DNA of 64,000 nt from Acidobacteriota bacterium (GTDB taxonomy: Bacteria; Acidobacteriota; Vicinamibacteria; Vicinamibacterales; UBA2999). Positions 49,979 through 58,707 of the stretch are shown piece after piece (positions within the stretch are counted from its first letter, which is position 1; the number at the start of each line of letters is the position of its first letter). Both the position numbers and the translations under genes were made by a program. The notes under the pieces were generated by a model. That model had not been told where the DNA came from and did no database searches. It worked only from the letters and a program-made list of their open reading frames with translations. The stretch is taken from assembly GCA_032156805.1 (NCBI GenBank), contig JALDXQ010000009.1, positions 3,540 through 67,539 on the forward strand. Direction: 5' to 3'.

Positions 49979-50208
49979 GCGGCCTCCTTCGAAAGACGTT
50001 TACCTGAGTCCCCGAACGTCCCCATCTGGTAGTCCATCATCGCCTGACGGATCTCATCACGCGTGTTCATCACGAATGGACCATGGGCGACGACCGGCTC
50101 CCCGAGCGGCTCGGCATGTGCGAAGAGAATGACGGCCAGAAAGAGAAACGGATCGATCTGATCGATGTCCGGCCCTGGCAATGGGCGGACGTGCTCAGGT
50201 CGCCGATG
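49975..50208 (-). pseudogene. Pirin-family C-terminal remnant
   Basis: EPLGEPVVAHGPFVMNTRDEIRQAMMDYQMG matches only the pirin C-terminal end. The open frame is about 77 codons bounded by a stop at 50209-50211, and the upstream gene ends at 50301, so a full-length pirin cannot fit. Confidence 0.45.
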
Positions 50209-50300
50209 TCATCTCGATAGGCCTGGTGTTGTGCCTTGACAGTGCGCGACGAGGCCAGCTCCCTTGATGCTCCTGCTCTCAAGGAGTCTGACCCATCGCG

Positions 50301-51491
50301 TTAGCGGCCCGCGCCACCGAACTCGCGCACCTCTTCGCGCCCCTCCACGGCCTGTCCTGTGTAGACGGCCATACCCATTTCACGCCTGGGAATCGGAAGA
50401 CCTTTGGCCTTGGCTTCCGCCACCTGCCTGTCGAATTCGCGGTCGGCGCTCAGCGCATATTTCACGGCGCCGTTTCCTTCGTGGCACGAGTACTCGTACA
50501 TCTCGTAGTTTGGCTGGGACGTAATCGTCAGGCGCAGCGTGAACGGCGCGGTGTAGGTCACCGGGTCCTCGACGCGAATGCGGTAGTCGATCATCCCGGG
50601 ATCGATACGCGTGAGCCACTCGGTGATCTTCATCTGGTCGCTGTGCCGCGTCCCGTTGCCATTCGGTCCGATGCTGGTGCGATCGGTGAAGCCGGTGGTC
50701 TCGATGACCAGCGTGTCGCCTTCCCAGCGTCCGCGCGAGTTGCCCATGTACTGCTTGACGTGCGAGCTCGCGGCGGCACGACCGTCGACCGGGATGACTC
50801 GCGTGTCGTGCACCATCTCGTAACTCAGGACGACCTCGTTCGGTGTCTGGAGAATCCGCACGCCATTGCCGTAGAGCACCGGCAGGATCGAGCCGACGAG
50901 GCCGCGCGTGATGCAGCGGTCGTAGAGCGTGAAATCCTCGAAGGTATCGAAGGGGCCGGGACCAAACGTGCCGGCATCGCGATTGGCCGCGCGCGCCTTG
51001 CCGGCCGGTGTCATCGCCGGCATCTGGCCGTTCGGCGGATCGACGACGAACGAGGTGTAGCCGAACGTGCGCACACCGAACTCGTTCCGGAGAATGGTTT
51101 CCTGGTTGACCGCGCGATCCCGCGATCCCTCGTCGCCCGAGGCGCGCCTGGTGAATTCCTCAGGGGTCAGCGACTCGCGCGTCCCGTACTGCGGCGCACG
51201 ACTCATCTGAACGCTGCGCATGTCGTCGCTCGTCCACACGCCTCCGAGATCGGGATGCCCCCATGGCGTCTTCGGCGCTTTCCAGTTCGGATCCGTGACC
51301 TTTGCCGCCGTGGTCTCGGCCGGGATCGCACGGAGCGCGGTCGGCGTCTTGCCGCCAAACCCGGCGCCGAAACCACCAGCGCCGCCGGCCCCCTGCCCGC
51401 GTCCACCCTGCGCGCCCGCCGGTGCCTGCGCCATCGCGATCGTTGCCGCCAGCAGCGCAGTGCCACCGCTGAATGCAAGAGATCTCCTCAT
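50301..51491 (-). CDS. Secreted protein of unknown function
   Basis: Signal peptide MRRSLAFSGGTALLAATIAMAQA, then a Gly-rich linker. Non-repetitive, coding-like composition. Confidence 0.6.
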   Translation of the reverse strand: MRRSLAFSGGTALLAATIAMAQAPAGAQGGRGQGAGGAGGFGAGFGGKTPTALRAIPAETTAAKVTDPNWKAPKTPWGHPDLGGVWTSDDMRSVQMSRAPQYGTRESLTPEEFTRRASGDEGSRDRAVNQETILRNEFGVRTFGYTSFVVDPPNGQMPAMTPAGKARAANRDAGTFGPGPFDTFEDFTLYDRCITRGLVGSILPVLYGNGVRILQTPNEVVLSYEMVHDTRVIPVDGRAAASSHVKQYMGNSRGRWEGDTLVIETTGFTDRTSIGPNGNGTRHSDQMKITEWLTRIDPGMIDYRIRVEDPVTYTAPFTLRLTITSQPNYEMYEYSCHEGNGAVKYALSADREFDRQVAEAKAKGLPIPRREMGMAVYTGQAVEGREEVREFGGAGR

Positions 51492-51513
51492 GCTGATCTC
51501 ACTCCATTAGCGC

Positions 51514-51537
51514 GGTCCGGTTAAGCCGGACACTACG
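51514..51537 (+). repeat. Short hairpin repeat, copy 2 (GGTCCGGTTAAGCCGGACACTACG)
   Basis: Matches 4514-4538. Confidence 0.8.
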
Positions 51538-51546
51538 CATCGTGCC

Positions 51547-51571
51547 GGTCCGGTTGAAGCCGGACACGACG
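51547..51571 (+). repeat. Short hairpin repeat, copy 3 (GGTCCGGTTGAAGCCGGACACGACG)
   Basis: Matches 4514-4538. In tandem with copy 2, 10 nt apart. Confidence 0.8.
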
Positions 51572-51602
51572 TACAAACTGCGATTTTCGCACACGCGACG
51601 AA

Positions 51603-52475
51603 CTACTGGACAATGCGCGAGCCGGTGACGAATCGGCGGTAGTTGGTGAAGCTCTGAGAAATGCGGGTTCGCGGGCTGCCTGAGTTCTTCACGATCGTGA
51701 CCGTATCGATGCTCGACGGGAGCACGAGCGTCTCGTCCGGATCCCTGAACGGCACGCGACGATACCTGATGGTGCTGTCGGCGCGCTCGATGGTCATGAA
51801 GGTCGATCCACCCGCGCGCTGCTGCTTGGCGGGCACAGGAATATCAACCAGCCCGATGATTCCCTCGTCGAGCCTGAGAATCTCTGACGTTTCGGGATCG
51901 ACCCAGAGACGGCCGCGGGCACGCCCGGGAAGATCGATGCTGACGCACTCTTCCTTCCATTCCACCTTGGGTGCCTCCGGTTTGACCGAGCGGAAATCGA
52001 TCATCATCGCGGACCGGTCGCCAACACGACCGAGCCCCGCTGCCTTGAACGTGAACTTCTCGCGGCGATCCGGAAGAAGGAACGCCAGCGGCTCGGGTGA
52101 AGTACTCCGTGGATCGAGGCACTGTGGCTCCTGTCCCGCCCGCGGGGGGCGGCCGTTCACCGCCAGCAACTGTCTCGTGACCTTTGCCGGGCTCTCCTCG
52201 TCGGTCGCGTCAGGAACCCATTCGACACGCAGCTCGTAGGTCAGCCGACGCGCGAACCCATCGACCCTGAGATCGAGGCCGAGAGGCTGGATGATGACGT
52301 TCTCATCCACCATGATGCTCTGCGCGCGTGCGTAGTACCGCTCGACGTAATCGCCAACGCGCGCGACCGCTGCATCGGGCGACACCGATTGCGCGGTCAG
52401 GTGCACCGACAACCCAAGCGCAGTCACGGTGACCATCGCGAACCCGGAAACGCAAAGCAGCGCGTGTGAGCTCAA
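51603..52475 (-). CDS. Secreted protein of unknown function
   Basis: N-terminal hydrophobic signal LLCVSGFAMVTVTALGLSVHLTAQS. 290 aa, no motif recognised. Confidence 0.55.
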   Translation of the reverse strand: MSSHALLCVSGFAMVTVTALGLSVHLTAQSVSPDAAVARVGDYVERYYARAQSIMVDENVIIQPLGLDLRVDGFARRLTYELRVEWVPDATDEESPAKVTRQLLAVNGRPPRAGQEPQCLDPRSTSPEPLAFLLPDRREKFTFKAAGLGRVGDRSAMMIDFRSVKPEAPKVEWKEECVSIDLPGRARGRLWVDPETSEILRLDEGIIGLVDIPVPAKQQRAGGSTFMTIERADSTIRYRRVPFRDPDETLVLPSSIDTVTIVKNSGSPRTRISQSFTNYRRFVTGSRIVQ

Positions 52476-52647
52476 GATTTCTCTTCGTAGAGTGTGCTAA
52501 CTTTACCCGCCTTCAAACCGAACGAGAACTGAAACTCGAACTACCTGAACCAGACACGGCGGGGAGCAAAACCGTAACCCGAATCGAACCCAACGGACAA
52601 TTGCCGGAAACGGGAGACCGAGACCGGAGTGTGAGGAGGACATCCAG

Positions 52648-53394
52648 ATGCGTAGGATGCGACATGTTCTGGCGGCGACAGCATTTGCCGCACTGGGAAC
52701 TCTGGTGGCGTTTGCCCAGGCGCCTGCGGGCGGCGGACAGGCGCCGGCCGGTGGGCAGGGTCGGGCGGGCGGCCAGCCCGGGCGAGGCGGCCCACAGGGC
52801 CCGGCGTCATTCTTCATCACCAGCGTAGGCAAGGGTGACGGCGCCAATTACGGTGGAATCGCCGGCGCCGACGCGTACTGCGCTCTGATGGCGAAGGGCG
52901 GTGGTCTCGAGACGCCAGCGGGCCGCACGTGGCGCGCGTATCTCAGCCAACCCGCGTCGGGTGGCCAGCCGGCCGTGAACGCCCGCGATCGAATCGGCGC
53001 CGGCCCCTGGTTCAACGCCCGCGGTCAGCTCATCGCCAACAACGTGGCCGATCTCCACGGCGACGTGCAGCGGGACCGCAACACGATCAACAAGAACTTC
53101 GCGCTCAATGAGAAGTCGGCCCCGGTCAACGGTGTCGGTGACATGCCGAACCAGCACGACATCCTGACCGGATCGGATTCACATGGACGCGCGGTCGCAG
53201 GTGACATGGACACGACCTGCAGCAACTACAGCAGCAATGCCGATGGTAAAGGCAGTGTGATGCTGGGACATCACGATCGCATCGGCGGTGGCAACTCGTC
53301 GTGGAACGCCGCGCACGGCTCTCGAGGGTGCAGCCAGGGCAATCTCGTCGCCACCGGCGGCGCCGGGCTGCTCTACTGCTTCGCGGCGAACTAG
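52648..53394 (+). CDS. Secreted Cys-containing protein of unknown function
   Basis: GAGGAGG SD sequence 7 nt upstream. Signal peptide MRRMRHVLAATAFAALGTLVAFAQA, then a Gly/Gln/Pro-rich linker and a globular part with 4 Cys. Confidence 0.6.
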   Translation: MRRMRHVLAATAFAALGTLVAFAQAPAGGGQAPAGGQGRAGGQPGRGGPQGPASFFITSVGKGDGANYGGIAGADAYCALMAKGGGLETPAGRTWRAYLSQPASGGQPAVNARDRIGAGPWFNARGQLIANNVADLHGDVQRDRNTINKNFALNEKSAPVNGVGDMPNQHDILTGSDSHGRAVAGDMDTTCSNYSSNADGKGSVMLGHHDRIGGGNSSWNAAHGSRGCSQGNLVATGGAGLLYCFAAN

Positions 53395-53407
53395 AACCCG
53401 TACACGT

Positions 53408-53479
53408 CAACTCTCGACTTCCGACTTCCAGGTCCTGCATCGAAACACACCGGGATTGGAGTCGTGGAGTCGGGAGTTG
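53408..53479. terminator. Oligomer-repeat hairpin between convergent genes
   Basis: Left arm CAACTCTCGACTTCCGACTTCCA, right arm TGGAGTCGTGGAGTCGGGAGTTG. Confidence 0.55.
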
Positions 53480-53529
53480 GCGCGATCCGAGTGGCACACC
53501 GGCTGCGAGCCCGGTCCACTGGCGGTGGC

Positions 53530-53736
53530 TTAACTGTCCTCGACCTGCCAGTCGGCGGGCGGCTGTGGCCCCAGCTTGATGTGGGCAATATCCGGATCAT
53601 CACCTGTTCGGTCCGATCCCGTCGTTGCCTTTCGGTCCTTCGCGTCCTGGCGACGCGCGGCCTTCTGCTGGCGCCGCTCGATGAGGGCCTTCTCTCGTTC
53701 GCGTTTGGCGGCGGTAGGTCTGGCGTTTCTGGCCAT
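53530..53736 (-). CDS. Small highly basic hypothetical protein
   Basis: 68-aa Lys/Arg-rich ORF (AAKREREKALIERRQQKAARRQ). Weak support. Confidence 0.3.
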   Translation of the reverse strand: MARNARPTAAKREREKALIERRQQKAARRQDAKDRKATTGSDRTGDDPDIAHIKLGPQPPADWQVEDS

Positions 53737-53825
53737 GCGGCGCCTCCAGCATACACCATTGGGCCTGCGAGGGATGCCTCCGGCGTCTCGGCAGAGCCAT
53801 CGACTTGCATCACGACAGTGTTAGC

Positions 53826-56054
53826 ATGCAGGTTTCGGATGTCGTACAGGCAGCACCATCGACAACTTCCCCCCTCGCCCAGACCGCCTGTAATCCGACT
53901 GCCCCACGGAGACCAGCGACATTGACCGTACTTCCCGAACGCATCAACCGCCTCGAGACGTTGGCCCGCGATCTCTGGTGGAGCTGGACGCCGCCAGCGA
54001 GGCAGGTTTTCCGACAGCTCGACTATGCACTCTGGCGGATGACGGCGCACAACCCGGTTCGCATGCTGCAGCTCGTCTCGCCCGAAGCGCTCGAGCGCGC
54101 GACGGCCAACCCCGATTGGCTCGCCACATACGACGCGGCCATCTCTCGGCTCGATGCGGTCCGAAATTCACGCCTGACGTGGTGCCACCGCGAACACCCT
54201 GAACTCTCCGGCCGCCAGATCGCTTACTTCTCCGCTGAATTCGCGTTGCATCAGTCGTTGCCGATCTATGCCGGCGGTCTCGGCGTACTCGCCGGCGATC
54301 ACTGCAAGGAAGCCGGCGACCTGGGGTTGCCGCTCATTGGTGTCGGCTTCATGTACCCGCAGGGCTACTTTCACCAGAGCCTCACGGCCGACGGATGGCA
54401 GCAAGAGGTCTACGAGAAGCTGAATTGGACCGGCGCACCGGTTGAACCAGCCATCACGCCGGACGGCAAGCCGTGCATCACCGCGGTACCGCTCGGAAAC
54501 CGGACGGTACTCGTCGCGGTGTGGCGCGTGCGCGTTGGACGCGTGGTGCTCTACCTGCTCGATACCGACCTCGAAGAGAACGCACCGTGGGATCGCGATC
54601 TGTCCGCCCGTCTCTACGGCGGCGATCGCGAAACGCGCGTGCAGCAGGAAATCATCCTCGGTGTCGGCGGGGTGCGCGTTCTGAAGGCCCTGGGCTATGC
54701 GCCGGCGGTCTATCACTTGAACGAGGGGCATGCCGGCTTCGTCGTGCTGCAGCGGATCCGCGATCTGTGCGAGGCGGGCGCGAACTTCGAGAGCGCGCTC
54801 GCGGAAGTACGGCGCACGACGGTGTTCACCACGCACACGCCGGTCGCCGCCGGCCACGATGCGTTCCCGTTTCATCTCGTCGAAACACATCTCGCCGGTG
54901 CGTGGGGCGATCTCGGCGGCTACCGCGAGCAGTTCCTGGCGCTGGGGCACTACGACAATGGGCACGGCGCCATGTTCAACATGACGGCGCTGGCGATGAG
55001 AACCAGCGGCGCGATCAACGGCGTCAGCCGTCTCCACGGTGAAGTGACCAAGCAGATGTGGCAGCCGATCTGGCCCGGGGTTCCCACGGAGAAACTGCCG
55101 ATCCGTTCGATCACCAACGGCGTTCACGTGTCGACCTGGGTCTCCTCGGAAATCGGGGCGCTGCTCGAGCGTCATCTCGGTCAGGACTGGCTCGACTCGC
55201 ACGACGACCCGGCAGTGATCGATCGCGTGATGGACATTCCCGACGACGAGTTGTGGGCCGCACGCCAGTCGCTGCGTTCGTTCCTGTTCAACTTCATCCG
55301 TGAGCGCGCGCGCACCCGGTGGACGCACGAACACGTCAGCGCCGCGCGCATCGTCGCCGCTGCGACGCTGTTCGATCAGAACGCGTTGACCATCGGCTTC
55401 GCGCGACGCTTTACCAGCTACAAGCGCCCGGAGCTGATTTTCTCGGATCCCGATCGACTGGCGCGCATCCTGACCGCGCCGGGCCGGGCGGTCCAAATCG
55501 TGTTCGCCGGCAAGGCGCATCCAGCGGACGAAGTCGGCAAGCACCATCTCCAGCAGATCTTCCGGCGTGCGCTCGACCCGAAGTTCGGCGGCCGCATCGG
55601 ATTCGTCGACGACTACGATCTCCACGTCGCGCACTTCCTCGTGCAGGGCTGCGACGTCTGGATGAACAACCCGCGCAAGCCGCTCGAGGCGAGTGGGACG
55701 AGCGGGATGAAGGCGGCTATCAATGGAACCCCACATCTGTCGATCGGCGACGGCTGGTGGGCGGAAGGCTTCACCGGCGAGAACGGCTGGCTCATCGAAG
55801 GCCAGGCCGCCGATCCCAACGACCAGGGCGCGCAGGACTGGGCCGACGTGCAGGCGCTCTACTCGCTGATCGAGGAGCAGCTCGTCCCGACTTTCTACGA
55901 TCGCGATGCGCACGGCATCCCGCGCCGCTGGCTGCAAATCGTCAAGCAGTCGATCCGGACCGTTCTGCCAGGCTTCAGCGCACGCCGCATGGTCAAGGAA
56001 TACGTGCGCGAGATGTACCTGCCGGCGGTCCGGCGCGAAACGCTCACGATATAA
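53826..56054 (+). CDS. glgP: Alpha-glucan phosphorylase (GT35, maltodextrin/glycogen phosphorylase type)
   Basis: LARDLWWSW, YFSAEFALHQSLPIYAGGLGVLAGDH, and the PLP site EASGTSGMKAAINGTPHLSIGDGWW. The start is uncertain: ATG 53826 or TTG 53805. Confidence 0.9.
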   Translation: MQVSDVVQAAPSTTSPLAQTACNPTAPRRPATLTVLPERINRLETLARDLWWSWTPPARQVFRQLDYALWRMTAHNPVRMLQLVSPEALERATANPDWLATYDAAISRLDAVRNSRLTWCHREHPELSGRQIAYFSAEFALHQSLPIYAGGLGVLAGDHCKEAGDLGLPLIGVGFMYPQGYFHQSLTADGWQQEVYEKLNWTGAPVEPAITPDGKPCITAVPLGNRTVLVAVWRVRVGRVVLYLLDTDLEENAPWDRDLSARLYGGDRETRVQQEIILGVGGVRVLKALGYAPAVYHLNEGHAGFVVLQRIRDLCEAGANFESALAEVRRTTVFTTHTPVAAGHDAFPFHLVETHLAGAWGDLGGYREQFLALGHYDNGHGAMFNMTALAMRTSGAINGVSRLHGEVTKQMWQPIWPGVPTEKLPIRSITNGVHVSTWVSSEIGALLERHLGQDWLDSHDDPAVIDRVMDIPDDELWAARQSLRSFLFNFIRERARTRWTHEHVSAARIVAAATLFDQNALTIGFARRFTSYKRPELIFSDPDRLARILTAPGRAVQIVFAGKAHPADEVGKHHLQQIFRRALDPKFGGRIGFVDDYDLHVAHFLVQGCDVWMNNPRKPLEASGTSGMKAAINGTPHLSIGDGWWAEGFTGENGWLIEGQAADPNDQGAQDWADVQALYSLIEEQLVPTFYDRDAHGIPRRWLQIVKQSIRTVLPGFSARRMVKEYVREMYLPAVRRETLTI

Positions 56055-56061
56055 TCACGGG

Positions 56062-56526
56062 ATGGCGCCGCGAAAATCGAATATCGCCAAGACCAAGTGC
56101 GCCCTCTGTGAGGCCAAGGAAGTCTCCGAGCCGCGCGGCGAGGAACGCTACTGCCGCGACTGCTGGGAGAAGAAGATCGCCGTCGAGGAGATCGTCGCGC
56201 GCGAGTTTGCGCTCAAGCGCTACATCCGCGCGCACAGCGCCGAGAAGTACCTCATCTATCACTCGACGATCAAACGGCCCTGCGGGCAGATTCTGGTCGT
56301 GGACGACGGTTACGACCTGTTCTTGTCCGTCATCCTCTACCCCAACTTCGGCTGGGACGAACCGGCTTACCATCTCGACGGCGATCCGGAAGGCCGGACG
56401 TTCGCCGAAATCCTGGTAGACGTCGTTGCGACCGAGGTTATCGAGCCCTGGGGCGGCGGGAAATGGCACCTGGAGATTTTTCGCTCCCTTAACCCTGAGC
56501 CGGAAGACTGGAATGGGGAGATGTAG
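56062..56526 (+). CDS. Hypothetical protein with an N-terminal CxxC...CxxC Zn-ribbon
   Basis: Trimmed to the ATG at 56062. CALC..CRDC, followed by a ~110-aa unrecognised domain. Confidence 0.5.
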   Translation: MAPRKSNIAKTKCALCEAKEVSEPRGEERYCRDCWEKKIAVEEIVAREFALKRYIRAHSAEKYLIYHSTIKRPCGQILVVDDGYDLFLSVILYPNFGWDEPAYHLDGDPEGRTFAEILVDVVATEVIEPWGGGKWHLEIFRSLNPEPEDWNGEM

Positions 56527-56558
56527 CTATAATGCCCGCGTTTGGTGGAGGTCCAACC

Positions 56559-57032
56559 ATGAACCGTTCTGGACGTTTTCTCTTGATACTCGCCGGCGTA
56601 ACGCTCGCAGCGGCGGCCGCCTCGGCTGAGCAAGCCAAGCCAGCGGTCACGCCTCCGGCTGCCTCGACGCAGAAGCCCAACGACGAAGGAGCGGCGCCGA
56701 AGAAGCTCGTGGCTCCAGTCCGGGGGGAAGCACTCATCGGATACCTTAAGCCGGTGACGAAGCAGGAAAAGAACATGATCATCACGACGATCAAGATCAA
56801 GAACTTGTCGTCGGGTGCCATCGCGGGGCTGAAGGTGGACGAGTTCTGGTACGACAAGGATGGCAACCCGGTGACGGGTTCTCAGCCGTTCAGGTGGCGC
56901 AAGCCGCTGCAGCCAGGCGAAGTCATCGACGTGGTACTGCAGGTGCCGCGCAATCCGAACATGAATCGGAATCAGTACAAGTTCGAGCACGCCAACGGCA
57001 CGATCAAGACGCAGCTGATGCCGAAGCTGTAG
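56559..57032 (+). CDS. Secreted protein of unknown function
   Basis: Trimmed to MNRSGRFLLILAGVTLAAAAASA (signal peptide). Lys-rich beta-type sequence. Confidence 0.55.
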   Translation: MNRSGRFLLILAGVTLAAAAASAEQAKPAVTPPAASTQKPNDEGAAPKKLVAPVRGEALIGYLKPVTKQEKNMIITTIKIKNLSSGAIAGLKVDEFWYDKDGNPVTGSQPFRWRKPLQPGEVIDVVLQVPRNPNMNRNQYKFEHANGTIKTQLMPKL

Positions 57033-57048
57033 CCTTCGGCAAAACGCC

Positions 57049-57115
57049 CAACTTCCAATCTCCAACTACCAACACACGCCATCGTTGGGAGTTGGAAATT
57101 GGGAATTGGAAGTTG
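57049..57115. terminator. CCAAYTCC-type oligomer hairpin between convergent genes
   Basis: Left arm CAACTTCCAATCTCCAACTACCAAC, right arm GTTGGGAGTTGGAAATTGGGAATTGGAAGTTG. Confidence 0.55.
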
Positions 57116-57117
57116 AT

Positions 57118-57486
57118 TTAGGAACACATTCGATCTGCAATTTCGGCGGCAACCGGAATGCGCCACAGCCGGCCATTCGCCGCGTGCCACATCGCCATCA
57201 CCCAGACAACGAGTCCGGCCACCCAGATCAGTCCTGCGGTCCACGCCCAGAATCCAAACGCGTTCGGCATGAACAGTAGTGATGCGCCCGCGATTCCGGA
57301 AAGCGTCGCGACGACGATCGCGATAGCGCCAAAGACAACGCACGCCTGCGCCGCGTGAAAGCGGACGTAGAGGTCGCGCCGTTCGAGAAACCAGAAGAAG
57401 ACGCCGGTCACCCACCAGCCGGCGTAGGCCAGCGGCGCTGCGACCCGACCGGGGAGCCCAAGTGAAATGGGGTCACTCATCGCCAC
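57118..57486 (-). CDS. Small membrane protein (DUF4870-like, from memory)
   Basis: GWWVTGVFFWFLERRDLYVRFHAAQACVVFG pattern, with 3-4 TM helices. Confidence 0.55.
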   Translation of the reverse strand: MAMSDPISLGLPGRVAAPLAYAGWWVTGVFFWFLERRDLYVRFHAAQACVVFGAIAIVVATLSGIAGASLLFMPNAFGFWAWTAGLIWVAGLVVWVMAMWHAANGRLWRIPVAAEIADRMCS

Positions 57487-58694
57487 AGGTTGATCACCGT
57501 GGTGATGAGCAGGCCGTTCACGAAGTCGATGCCGAACGCGCCCACGAGTGGAACAACGAGATATGCCTTGGGCGCCGGTCCGTAACGTTCGACGATTGCG
57601 CCCATGTTCGCCATCGCGTTGGCGGTGGTGCCCAGCATGAATCCACAGAACCCGCCGGCCATGACCACGGCGTCGTAGTCACGTCCCATCAAGCGTGGAA
57701 TCGCCACGACGCATAGCGCGATCACGAGCGCGATCTGAGCGACGAGGATGATGAGGAGCGGAACGACGACGCCCGCAAGTTCCCACAGCCTGAGCGTCAT
57801 CAGCGCCATGACCAGGAATAGCGTCAACGCCACGTCGCCCAGATCGTCCATCGTTCGCTGCGACATACCGACCGTCCCGGTCCAGTCGTCGAAGTTACGG
57901 ATGCAGGCGGCGACGATCATGGCGCCGATGTACGCCGGCAGGGTCAGCCCCATGCCCTGAAGACCGACACTGACCCACGCACCGGCGCCCACAGCGACGG
58001 CCAGCATGACCAGATGCTTCACGAGGCCGTAAGCTTGAACATCTTCACCAATCGGTGCTGATTCAGATGGCTCCGCGGTTCGCTTCTCGACGAGGGCGGC
58101 CAGAGGTTCCTTCGCCGCCTGGACGGGAATCCACAACGGGCGCGTGCGCAGGAGATACGCCACGATTGGGCCACCGAGCAAACCTCCGGCAATGATCCCG
58201 GCCATCGCAGCGGAGACCGCAAGTGTCGCTGCCCCCTCGACGCCGGCCGCCTCGAAGAGTGGCGCAAACGCCAGGCCCGTCGCGGGTCCGCCTGTGAGAG
58301 TCGTCGACCCTGCCAGCACACCGAGCAGCGGATGCTCACCAAGAACCGCCGCCGTTGCGCCGCCCACCACGTTCTGAAGAACCGCCGCAACAGACGCCAC
58401 CACCATCATGATGGCGACGAGCGGCCCGCCACGTTTCAGCACGAGCACGCTCGCACCGAATCCGATCGAGGCAAAAAACGCGTTCTGCAGCGGCGTCTGG
58501 AGCGTGGTGTCGAAGACAGGCGCCGTCCATCCCATGTTGTGGAGCAGCGTCAGGAGCCCGGCCATCGGCAGACCGCCGACGACCGGCGCCGGAATGTTGT
58601 AGCGCGTCAGGACCGGTATCAGCCGCTTGAGGCCATGTCCGAGAAACAACAACAGGCCAGCAAGGGCAACGGTCTGAATGAAGTCGAGACGCAT
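57477..58694 (-). CDS. gltS: Sodium/glutamate symporter GltS
   Basis: MRLDFIQTVALAGLLLFLGHGLKRLIPVLTRYNIPAPVVGGL is a typical GltS N-terminus. 405 aa, polytopic. Confidence 0.85.
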   Translation of the reverse strand: MRLDFIQTVALAGLLLFLGHGLKRLIPVLTRYNIPAPVVGGLPMAGLLTLLHNMGWTAPVFDTTLQTPLQNAFFASIGFGASVLVLKRGGPLVAIMMVVASVAAVLQNVVGGATAAVLGEHPLLGVLAGSTTLTGGPATGLAFAPLFEAAGVEGAATLAVSAAMAGIIAGGLLGGPIVAYLLRTRPLWIPVQAAKEPLAALVEKRTAEPSESAPIGEDVQAYGLVKHLVMLAVAVGAGAWVSVGLQGMGLTLPAYIGAMIVAACIRNFDDWTGTVGMSQRTMDDLGDVALTLFLVMALMTLRLWELAGVVVPLLIILVAQIALVIALCVVAIPRLMGRDYDAVVMAGGFCGFMLGTTANAMANMGAIVERYGPAPKAYLVVPLVGAFGIDFVNGLLITTVINLWR

Positions 58695-58707
58695 CCGCGG
58701 TGTTGGT

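Noticed and set aside
49975-50181. The pirin-like ORF as a functional gene.
   Set aside because: Only the last ~35 residues resemble pirin, a TTG start is required, and there is no space for the cupin domains. It is listed as a remnant at low confidence.
47839-50300. A prophage or integrative element at tRNA-Leu.
   Set aside because: No integrase, excisionase or phage genes are present, and I did not notice any tRNA 3'-end direct repeat. It is kept only as a low-interest scar hypothesis.
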